Shown: positions 20,240 through 29,459 of the stretch, piece after piece | Layout of the letters: the number at the start of each line of letters is the position of its first letter | Numbering within the stretch: position 1 is the stretch's first letter | DNA from: Aeromicrobium sp. | GTDB taxonomy: Bacteria; Actinomycetota; Actinomycetes; Propionibacteriales; Nocardioidaceae | Assembly (NCBI RefSeq): GCF_049587115.1 | Contig: NZ_JBAVDI010000010.1 | Location: 3,136 to 67,135 of the forward strand | Length of the DNA stretch: 64,000 nt | Direction: 5' to 3' | Notes under the pieces: model-generated | What the model saw: the letters and a program-made list of their open reading frames with translations, nothing else | Database searches by the model: none | Told to the model about the DNA's origin: nothing | Translations under genes and position numbers: made by a program

Positions 20240-20347
20240 ACTGACTACACGATTAGTTCGAATTGACTAGTCCACAATCTGTGGGTAAGGCTGTGAAAAT
20301 CCCTCCGACAGCAGTCGGAGCACCTCGCAACAATCGTTGGTCTGGCT

Positions 20348-20372
20348 GTTTGTCGGGTCCGCGAAGGGGTAC
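20348..20372 (+). promoter_or_regulatory. SigF/SigB-type stress promoter
   Basis: GTTT-N15-GGGTAC upstream of the iron-redox gene. Confidence 0.65.
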
Positions 20373-20447
20373 GTCCGTGCCGACCTGTTCCGCCCGGTCA
20401 TGTGCCACGTGCATCGATGGCTGTTGGCCACCACGATGAGGACCCCG

Positions 20448-21392
20448 ATGCTGCTCCCGAAGGCGCGCGGCGACCTGAGCCAGACATTGTTCGACGCACT
20501 CCGCCAGGGTGGTGACCAGATCTCGGGGGTCAGGGGCATCAACCCCACCGATCACGACGACGCCCAGATCGGGCTGTGGGCGATGTACGAGCTGCACTAC
20601 AGCGGCTTCGAGGACGTCGACGACATGATGGAGTGGCACCCGGGCGTCCTCGAGCTGCGCAATGATCTGGAGACCGAGTTCGAACACACGCTGCGTCGCC
20701 GCCACCGGGTCACGCCATCCGAGGCCCCGTTCGCGGAGCACTTCTTCGCCTTCGTCGAAGCGCACGACGGCGCCTCGCTGGCGACGCACGTGCAGCGCCA
20801 CGCTGACCGCGACGAGGTACTGGAGCTGCTCCGGCACCGCACGATCTACCATCTCAAGGAGTCCGATCCGGTCGCATGGGTAGTTCCGCGGCTCCCGACC
20901 GTCCCGAAAGCAGCGCTGATGGAGCTGCAATTCGACGAATATGGCGGCGGTGACCCCAACCGGCTGCACGGACATCTCTTCGCGCTCGGACTGGACGCCT
21001 CTGGTCTGCGCTCGGACTATGGCGCGTACATCGATGACGTCCCGGTCGAGACGCTGGAGGAGAACAACGCCATGTCGCTGTTCGGACTGCACCGTCGCCT
21101 GAGGGCCGCGGCCCTGGGCCATCTCGCGGCCTTCGAGGCCACCAGCTCGCTGCCGTCGCGGCGCATGGCGCAAGGTCTGGCCCGGCTCGGTTTCCCCGCA
21201 GAGATCGTGGCGTACTACGCGGAGCATGTCGAGGCCGATGCGGTTCACGAGCAGCTCGCGGTACGGACGATCTGCGGGTCACTGGTCGAAGCCGAACCAC
21301 AGCTGGTCGACGACGTGATGTTCGGGGCGTTCACCTGCTTGGACCTGGCCGATCGCTACGCCCGCCGGATGCTCGAGCAGTGGGCGGCGTGA
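20448..21392 (+). CDS. Iron-containing redox enzyme family protein (heme-oxygenase-like diiron fold)
   Basis: YELHY, YHLKESDP, QFDEYGGG, FEATS, EHVEADAVHE motifs; GAGGA RBS before ATG 20448 (ATG 20436 is an alternative). Confidence 0.88.
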   Translation: MLLPKARGDLSQTLFDALRQGGDQISGVRGINPTDHDDAQIGLWAMYELHYSGFEDVDDMMEWHPGVLELRNDLETEFEHTLRRRHRVTPSEAPFAEHFFAFVEAHDGASLATHVQRHADRDEVLELLRHRTIYHLKESDPVAWVVPRLPTVPKAALMELQFDEYGGGDPNRLHGHLFALGLDASGLRSDYGAYIDDVPVETLEENNAMSLFGLHRRLRAAALGHLAAFEATSSLPSRRMAQGLARLGFPAEIVAYYAEHVEADAVHEQLAVRTICGSLVEAEPQLVDDVMFGAFTCLDLADRYARRMLEQWAA

Positions 21393-21601
21393 CCGACGAC
21401 CACCGGATCGAGCATCCGGACGTGATCCTCTGCCCGGGCGGACCCATGCTGATTCGCGGAGATCATCTGATCGAGGACGCCGACGGCCTGCTCCACCCAA
21501 CCCGGCGCCCGGTCAGCGCCCTGTGCCGGTGCGGCAAGTCCAGCACCCAGCCATGGTGCGATGGCACCCACAAGGTGCTGCCCGACCGGACCAGGCCCTA
21601 G
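21389..21601 (+). CDS. CDGSH iron-sulfur domain protein
   Basis: ALCRCGKSSTQPWCDGTH; GTGA overlap with the upstream gene. Confidence 0.92.
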   Translation: MTDDHRIEHPDVILCPGGPMLIRGDHLIEDADGLLHPTRRPVSALCRCGKSSTQPWCDGTHKVLPDRTRP

Positions 21602-21650
21602 AACTCCCACCGGCAGAGGGAGCGTCGTCGGCCGACCTGAACCAACCGGC

Positions 21651-22100
21651 CTAGGTGTGGGAGGTGCCCCGCCGGCCCTCGACCACGAAGGCAAGTCGCC
21701 GCAGCGTCTCGACGTTGCGCCACTTCAGCGACAGTCCTGTGATCGGCGCAGGTATGGCCTTGCCCGGACCTGCCACGACCTCCTCCTCGATCGTGACCTC
21801 GGTCTGCACTCCGACGTCCTCCAGACGGATGACGACGTCAGCCTCACCCATCGGCCACGCCCGGGCGCGCAACGTGATCGATCGTCCTGGGACGGCAGCG
21901 AGCACTCTGGTGTGGTCGTCGATCATCACCGGCCACACGCCGACCGAGTGGTGGATGCGACTGCCCTTTGCGGGCCAGTCCTCATCGACGTCCCGAATTC
22001 TGGTCGCCCCCACGACCCAGAGCGGATAGAGCCAGCCGTCGGCCAGCACGTCCCAGACCTCGTCCGGCGTCGCGGTGATCATGCGCCGGTTCGACGTCAC
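21651..22100 (-). CDS. SRPBCC/polyketide-cyclase family protein
   Basis: ATPDEVWDVLADGWLYPLWVVGA...RNVETLRRLA; GTG start at 22100. Confidence 0.88.
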   Translation of the reverse strand: MTSNRRMITATPDEVWDVLADGWLYPLWVVGATRIRDVDEDWPAKGSRIHHSVGVWPVMIDDHTRVLAAVPGRSITLRARAWPMGEADVVIRLEDVGVQTEVTIEEEVVAGPGKAIPAPITGLSLKWRNVETLRRLAFVVEGRRGTSHT

Positions 22101-22138
22101 GGCGCACACTGCGTGAGTGATTCCTGCATGCCGTGGTC

Positions 22139-22163
22139 GTACCCCTGTCGAGGGCCGACAAAC
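22139..22163 (-). promoter_or_regulatory. SigF/SigB-type stress promoter
   Basis: Minus strand GTTT-N15-GGGTAC, 18/25 identical to the 20348-20372 promoter. Confidence 0.65.
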
Positions 22164-22261
22164 CGCACGACGGCTGCGGGCCCGTTTGCTGCGCCCGACA
22201 CCGGGATCTCGAACAGACCCTGAGGCAATGAGAGGTGTCGAACCGACCACCAGAACGAGGA

Positions 22262-22906
22262 TCAGTCGTAGTCAGACTCGTTGTCCAAGGAGATGAACTC
22301 CGAGGACTTCTGCGTCGTGGTCGAGCCGTTCTTCCTGATCAGCAGCGTGCCGTCATAGGCCTGCACGGTGAACGAGGTGCCATTCTGCTTGGCCACGAAC
22401 GCGTCGAGCTGCGATGCGTAGCTGCCCGGAAGATCGATGACCTCACCGCCGGTCGGTCTGGTGACGAACCGAAAGGACTCGCCCGAGGCGTCCTTGCCGC
22501 AGATCGAGGTCTTCGCGTTCGTGGTCGTCGTCTTGTAGAGGATCACGGGGTAGGTGCCGCCGCAGCCCAGTCCGAGCCCGGACTTCTGCTGCTGCCCGGT
22601 GGAGACTGGGGTGACGCCACAGTCCGGAAGCAGGCTGTCCTGCTCGACACCCTCGACGTTGAACAGGGTGCCCGGACCCTCGCAGGTCGGTGCGGCCGTC
22701 GCCTTCGGGGCGCGCTTCGACGTGGTCGCCTCGGACGTCGGGATCGTGGTGAACGGCTCTGTCGTGCCCTGCGTGCCTGCCGACAGTGGCGTCGCCTGGT
22801 CGTCTCGGCCCAGACGCCACAGCGCGAAGGCCACCACCGCGACAAGACCGAGCGCGACAACGATCAGAAGCGCCTTCTTGGGCCTCTGCGCGGCGGTCTG
22901 GCTCAC
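22262..22906 (-). CDS. Hypothetical membrane-anchored/secreted protein
   Basis: N-terminal TM, Thr-rich linker, Cys-containing beta-rich C-terminus; GAAGGA RBS; coding-like codon bias. Confidence 0.75.
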   Translation of the reverse strand: MSQTAAQRPKKALLIVVALGLVAVVAFALWRLGRDDQATPLSAGTQGTTEPFTTIPTSEATTSKRAPKATAAPTCEGPGTLFNVEGVEQDSLLPDCGVTPVSTGQQQKSGLGLGCGGTYPVILYKTTTTNAKTSICGKDASGESFRFVTRPTGGEVIDLPGSYASQLDAFVAKQNGTSFTVQAYDGTLLIRKNGSTTTQKSSEFISLDNESDYD

Positions 22907-22955
22907 GGCGATTCCTTCTGATCGAATGCCCAGATCCTAACAAGCCCGGGAGCGA

Positions 22956-24515
<1,560 letters not shown>

Positions 24516-24556
24516 GTGGCACATCCTATCGGCCCGAAAATAAGTGGTGAAACGTC

Positions 24557-24581
24557 GTAACCATGCGAGAGCGGGGTCGTT
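24557..24581 (+). promoter_or_regulatory. ECF-sigma-type promoter (SigD/SigE-like) for the putative sRNA
   Basis: GTAAC-N16-CGTT, pointing away from guaA with no ORF to serve. Confidence 0.5.
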
Positions 24582-24587
24582 TTACAG

Positions 24588-24690
24588 AGTGGATCTAACA
24601 ACACTCCCTCCCGTTAGATCATGTGCTGCTCCTCGTGGCACAACAGGGCCCGACCCGTGAGCTCCCTCCCGGTCGGGCTCTGTGCGTTAC
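24588..24690 (+). ncRNA. Putative three-hairpin sRNA with C/U-rich loops (6C/cuckoo-like)
   Basis: Stems 24592-24599/24613-24620, 24622-24629/24635-24642 and 24643-24655/24671-24683; CTCCCTCCC in loops 1 and 3, TCCTC in loop 2. Confidence 0.65.
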
Positions 24691-24742
24691 GGGACATGTG
24701 CGTCACGGGACGGTCTGCGGCCCGCGAGCGAGCGGCTGGCCG

Positions 24743-26434
24743 TCAGGACACGCCGACGATCGGCAGTCTCAGTGCAGCAGGAGCGTCCGCCGGGACCACC
24801 GGGTGCTTTGGCGCAATCGGGTCCACCGAGCGGTACGGCTCGCCGACGGCCGGCCGCACGTCCGGCTCTCCCTTGTTGGGCCAGTACGACATGGCCCGCT
24901 CCGTCTGGGCCGTGATCGTCAGCGAGGGGTTGACGCCGAGGTTGGCGGTGATCGCCGAACCGTCGGCGACGTGGAGGCCGGGGTGGCCGAAGAGTCGTTG
25001 ATAAGGGTCGACGACGCCGGTCTCCGGCGAGTCGCCGATCGCGCAACCGCCCATGAAGTGAGCCGTGAGCGGCACGTTGAACGGCTCCCCGATCGTGCCC
25101 CCGGGGGTGCCGCCCATCTCCTCGGCCATCATCTGCACAGCGCGGTGACCGGGCTCGATGAATGCTGGGTTGGGAGCGCCGTGGCCCTGCTTGGACGTCA
25201 GCTTGCGTCGGCCGGTGATGCCGCGCTTGGTGTACGTCGTGATCGAGTTGTCGTGCGTCTGCATGACCAGCGCGATGATCGTCCGCTCCGACCAGTGCCG
25301 CAGGTCGTACAGCTTGAGCAGGTTGCGCTTCTGCTTCCACATCTCCTTCAGCCACACGCGCCAACGCGGGGTGTCGCCGCTGCCGTCGGTCAGGACAGTC
25401 TGCATCAGCGACATTGCGTTGGAGCCCTTGCCGTAGCGGGTCGGCTCGATGTGGGTGAACTCGTCGGGGTGGAACGACGACGTGATCGCGACGCCCTCGC
25501 TGTAGTCGACATCCTTGCCGTCGGCGATCGAGCCCAGGAGGGCCTCCGAGTTCGTCCGGGTCAGCAGGCCGAGCCGGTCCGAGACATGTGGCAGATTCCC
25601 TTGATCCTTCATGGCGTGCAGCAGCTTCTGAGTCCCCATCGTGCTGGCTGAGAACACCACCTGCTCTGCGGTGATCTTCTGGTGCGGGCGAAAGCGCCGA
25701 TTGGTTCGCCGGGTCTCGATCTCGTAGCCACCACCAGGCAGTGGGCGCACAGCCGTGACGGTCGTCATCGGGTGAACCTCCGCCCCGGCGGACTCGGCGA
25801 GATGCAGATAGTTCTTCACCAGGGTGTTCTTCGCGTTGTGCCGGCAACCAGTCATGCACTCACCACAGTTGAGGCAGGCATTGCGTTCGGGGCCGGCGCC
25901 GCCGAAGTACGGATCGGCAACCTTCTCGCCCGGCTGACCGAAGTAGACCCCGACGGGCGTGTGATGAAACGTACCGCCGACACCCATCTGCTCAGCGACC
26001 TTCTTGACGATCTCGTCGGCCGGTGACACGTACGGATAGACCGTGACGCCCAGCATCCGCTTGGCCTGGTCGTAGTACGGCGCGAGCTCAGACTTCCAGT
26101 CCGTGATGTGGCCCCACGCGGTGTCCCGGTAGAACGGGTCGAGCGGCTCGTAAAGCGTGTTGGCGTAGACCAGCGATCCACCGCCGACCCCGGCGCCCGA
26201 AAGGATCAGGACGTCCTTGAGCTTGTCGATGCGCTGGATGCCGTAGCACCCGATCTGCGGCATCCAGAGGAACTTGCGCAGCCGCCACGAGCTCGTGGCG
26301 AAGTCCTTGTCCGCGAACCGCTTGCCAGCCTCGAGCACCGCAACCCGGTAGCCCTTCTCGGTCAGGCGAAGAGCCGAGACGCTGCCACCGAAACCAGAAC
26401 CAATGACAACGACGTCGTGATCGAACTCAGGCAC
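24743..26434 (-). CDS. GMC-family FAD oxidoreductase (cholesterol oxidase ChoD-like)
   Basis: IGSGFGG, GVGGGSLVYAN, CLNCGECMTGC, TAHFMGG, GVNPSLTI; GGAGGAGG RBS; conserved guaB-choD-guaA synteny. Confidence 0.9.
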   Translation of the reverse strand: MPEFDHDVVVIGSGFGGSVSALRLTEKGYRVAVLEAGKRFADKDFATSSWRLRKFLWMPQIGCYGIQRIDKLKDVLILSGAGVGGGSLVYANTLYEPLDPFYRDTAWGHITDWKSELAPYYDQAKRMLGVTVYPYVSPADEIVKKVAEQMGVGGTFHHTPVGVYFGQPGEKVADPYFGGAGPERNACLNCGECMTGCRHNAKNTLVKNYLHLAESAGAEVHPMTTVTAVRPLPGGGYEIETRRTNRRFRPHQKITAEQVVFSASTMGTQKLLHAMKDQGNLPHVSDRLGLLTRTNSEALLGSIADGKDVDYSEGVAITSSFHPDEFTHIEPTRYGKGSNAMSLMQTVLTDGSGDTPRWRVWLKEMWKQKRNLLKLYDLRHWSERTIIALVMQTHDNSITTYTKRGITGRRKLTSKQGHGAPNPAFIEPGHRAVQMMAEEMGGTPGGTIGEPFNVPLTAHFMGGCAIGDSPETGVVDPYQRLFGHPGLHVADGSAITANLGVNPSLTITAQTERAMSYWPNKGEPDVRPAVGEPYRSVDPIAPKHPVVPADAPAALRLPIVGVS

Positions 26435-26570
26435 GGCGTTTCCTCCTCCAGAAGCCCGCGAGGATCGCGGCATACTCAAAGTATGACATCGACGGTGGCG
26501 CATGGCCAACGACGAATGGCTGCCGCGCGCTGTGCCCCCGGCCCCTCCAGCCGCAGCGCGACACTGCGGA

Positions 26571-26939
26571 CTAGCCGACGACTGTGAGCTTCTGCCGAAT
26601 GCCGTCACCGGTCATGCCGGGCTTGCAGGCACCTTCATAGCTGCCCTGAGCCAGGTTGACCACCAACGTTCGTGACAGCCCCGGCCCGATGTTCTCGACT
26701 TCGCCCACGATCCGGTCACCGCTGGCGTACAGGTAGAACTCCGTGACCTTGTTGCCGGTGTTGGTGACCTTGAACGTGGACTCGCCGGCCTCGAGCTCGG
26801 TCTCCGAGATGATGCACGACGAATCCCCCGCGTCGACCGTCAGGGAGCTGGACGAGCCGGAGGAGCCGGCGTCCTTGGCGCACGCGCCGACGCCCAGGGT
26901 GACGGTCGCAACGACGACCAGCGCCATGAACTGCCTCAT
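26571..26939 (-). CDS. Stand-alone EfeO-type cupredoxin-domain lipoprotein
   Basis: Lipobox VGAC; VTEFY, GEVENIGPGLSR and ACKPGM are hallmarks of the EfeO N-terminal domain; no peptidase-M75 domain. Confidence 0.85.
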   Translation of the reverse strand: MRQFMALVVVATVTLGVGACAKDAGSSGSSSSLTVDAGDSSCIISETELEAGESTFKVTNTGNKVTEFYLYASGDRIVGEVENIGPGLSRTLVVNLAQGSYEGACKPGMTGDGIRQKLTVVG

Positions 26940-26977
26940 GCAGGATTCCTTCGGATCAGAGGTGCTTGCCTTGCCGA

Positions 26978-26996
26978 TAAGGCAAGCCTCACCATG
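26978..26996. promoter_or_regulatory. IdeR/DtxR iron box
   Basis: TAAGGCAAGCCTCACCATG, 15/19 match to TWAGGTWAGSCTWACCTWA, about 40 nt upstream of the cupredoxin start. Confidence 0.65.
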
Positions 26997-27056
26997 CTAG
27001 AACACTGACGGCTCGTGTCACCAGCCGGCCGCAGCCGCACGCTCGAGCGAATTTAG

Positions 27057-27863
27057 TCAGGACGCGATGACGGGGTCCCCGACCGACACCGTGCCGGTCT
27101 CCAACGGGACCACCCGGATGCCGAACCACGTCTTGCCGTCCCACCTTCGGTGTCGTGCCAGCGCCCGGATTGGCTCTTTGCCGTGCGCCAAGGTCACCGG
27201 GTCGATCGTCGTGACGACACATCGATCGCAGTGCTCGGCAAACCGGAACGCCACCTCCCCGATGTGGATGTGCCGCCAGTGGTCCTCGACGAACGGGGTG
27301 GCAGAGCCATCGATCACGATGTTGGGTCGGAACCGGCTCATGACCATCGGCTCGGCTTCGTGATCCTCGGCGATCCACGCATCGAGCTGGGCCAGCGAGG
27401 CGCTGGTCGCCACCAGCAACGGCCCCGCATCGGCCAAGTTCATCGGCTCGGCTCCACGCCCACCGTGCAGGTTGGAGATCGGCCTACGACCCGGATCGTC
27501 CTGCCACACCAGACGGACCGACTCACCCAGCACCGCGCCGAGCCACGCAGCCGGCTCATCGCCGGCATCGATCATGGTCGGCAGGCGCGAGACATTGACC
27601 GCGACCTCTTCGCCGTCGTGCGGGACCCGCACATGCAGTGGCGCCGAGCCGGATCGCGTCAATGTCAGCGCCCCGTCGGTGTGCGGCGTGGCGGTCACGG
27701 TCAGCAGCAGATCGTGCGTCGTCGCGTTGAGCCGGCTGCCGAACGGGTCGACCACCGCCCAGCGCCGGTCGTCGCGCAGCCCGGCGAGATCAACCTTGGA
27801 GTGCGTCAGACCGACGGGAGCGGTGGCCTTGATGGGGTGGATGTGAATGGAACCGACCTGCAT
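27057..27863 (-). CDS. MOSC domain protein
   Basis: IHPIKA, DRRWAVVD, RFRPNIVI, CDRCVVTTIDP. Confidence 0.92.
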   Translation of the reverse strand: MQVGSIHIHPIKATAPVGLTHSKVDLAGLRDDRRWAVVDPFGSRLNATTHDLLLTVTATPHTDGALTLTRSGSAPLHVRVPHDGEEVAVNVSRLPTMIDAGDEPAAWLGAVLGESVRLVWQDDPGRRPISNLHGGRGAEPMNLADAGPLLVATSASLAQLDAWIAEDHEAEPMVMSRFRPNIVIDGSATPFVEDHWRHIHIGEVAFRFAEHCDRCVVTTIDPVTLAHGKEPIRALARHRRWDGKTWFGIRVVPLETGTVSVGDPVIAS

Positions 27864-28330
27864 CAGAGCAGCTTCTCAAAGCACAGTGAGTAGGTGGCCT
27901 GCTCGTACGGCGGATAGATCGGGATCGGCGTGTAGCCGTGACGCGCGTAGAACCGTAGCGCCGCGTGCTGCCGGTCGCCCGTATGGATCACGATGCGCTG
28001 GGCGCCCTCGTGGCATGCCGCGTCCTCCATCTCCGACAGCAGTGCGTCGGCGACCCCCGAGCCCCGGCTGCCGGGAACGACGTACATCCGCTTGATCTCG
28101 AGCTGACCGTCCAGACGGCGCAGGCATGCGTGTCCGATCGGACCCGCCTCGGCGTACGCGACGACGGTGGTGACGACAGAGCTGGGGTCGATGCCTTCGG
28201 CTCCCGAGCGATGCGCAGCCGCAGGGTCCGACGCGTACAGCTGATCGCCGAACGCCACGTGCTCGGCGCGCAGCGCCACGGCATCGGGATGCTCGAACGG
28301 CACCCGCTCGAGCTCGTAGCCGCCGCTCAA
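27863..28330 (-). CDS. GNAT family acetyltransferase
   Basis: EIKRMYV...RGSGVA, TGDRQ, FYARHGY, SLCFEK. Confidence 0.88.
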   Translation of the reverse strand: MSGGYELERVPFEHPDAVALRAEHVAFGDQLYASDPAAAHRSGAEGIDPSSVVTTVVAYAEAGPIGHACLRRLDGQLEIKRMYVVPGSRGSGVADALLSEMEDAACHEGAQRIVIHTGDRQHAALRFYARHGYTPIPIYPPYEQATYSLCFEKLL

Positions 28331-29433
28331 CCGATCACGACCTCGACCCGCTGGAACTCCTTGAGGTCGGTGTATCCGGTTGTCGCCATCGCCCGGCGCA
28401 GTGCGCCGATCAGGTTCATCGTGCCGTCCGGCACCGAGGACGGCCCGAACAGCACCGACTCAAGATCTCCCACGGTGCCCATCTCGACCCGGGCGCCACG
28501 TGGCAGATCGGGATGCCACGCCTCTGCCCCCCAGTGGAAGCCACGACCCGGTGCCTCCACCGCGCGGGCGAAGGGTGAGCCGATCATGACCGCATCAGCG
28601 CCGCAGGCTATCGCCTTGGCGATGTCGCCGCTGCGACCGATCGACCCGTCCGCGATGACGTGCACGTAGCGGCCGCCGGACTCGTCCAGGTAGTCCCGGC
28701 GCGCTGCCGCGACGTCCGCGACTGCCGACGCCATCGGCACCGAGATGCCGAGCACGCTTCGCGTGGTGTGCGCAGCGCCGCCGCCGAAGCCGACCAGCAC
28801 GCCGGCGGCTCCGGTCCGCATGAGGTGCAGCGCCGCTTGATATGTCGCGCATCCGCCCACGATGACCGGGACGTCGAGCTCGTAGATGAATTCCTTGAGG
28901 TTGAGTGGCTCGGTCTGTCCTGAGACGTGCTCGGCCGAGACTGTCGTGCCGCGGATGACGAACAGGTCGACTCCGGCCTCGACGACGACGTCGGCAAACT
29001 CCTTGGTCCGCTGCGGTGACAACGACCCGGCGACCGTCACCCCCGACGAGCGCATCTGCTGCAGCCGCGCCGTGATGAGCTCCGGCTTGATCGGCTCGGC
29101 GTAGATCTCCTGCAACCGTCTGGTCGCCAGGCCTCCCTCGACCCCGGCGACCTCGTCGAGCAGCTTTTCGGGGTTTTCGTAGCGGGTCCACAGACCTTCC
29201 AGGTCAAGGACGCCCAGCCCGCCGTGCTTGCCGAGGGCGATCGCGGTCTCCGGGCTCATCACCGAGTCCATCGGTGCGGCAACGACCGGGAGCTCGAAGC
29301 GGTAGGCGTCAATCTGCCAGGCTGTCGAGACCTCTTCGGGGTCGCGGGTGCGCCGACTCGGCACGATCGCGATGTCGTCGAAGGAGTACGCGCGGCGTCC
29401 CCGTTTGGCCGTGCCGATCTCGATATCTGCCAT
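28327..29433 (-). CDS. guaB3: GuaB3 family IMP-dehydrogenase-related protein
   Basis: FDDIAIVPSRRTRDP, ALHLMRTGAAGVLVG, YLDESGGRYVHVIADG. Confidence 0.93.
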   Translation of the reverse strand: MADIEIGTAKRGRRAYSFDDIAIVPSRRTRDPEEVSTAWQIDAYRFELPVVAAPMDSVMSPETAIALGKHGGLGVLDLEGLWTRYENPEKLLDEVAGVEGGLATRRLQEIYAEPIKPELITARLQQMRSSGVTVAGSLSPQRTKEFADVVVEAGVDLFVIRGTTVSAEHVSGQTEPLNLKEFIYELDVPVIVGGCATYQAALHLMRTGAAGVLVGFGGGAAHTTRSVLGISVPMASAVADVAAARRDYLDESGGRYVHVIADGSIGRSGDIAKAIACGADAVMIGSPFARAVEAPGRGFHWGAEAWHPDLPRGARVEMGTVGDLESVLFGPSSVPDGTMNLIGALRRAMATTGYTDLKEFQRVEVVIG

Positions 29434-29459
29434 GGGTACAGCCTAGTGGTGGTCCCGGA

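Noticed and set aside
24621..25001. ORFs starting at 24621/24623 across the sRNA candidate
   Set aside because: Low-complexity translations antisense to the oxidase, with no RBS; the RNA-structure explanation fits better.
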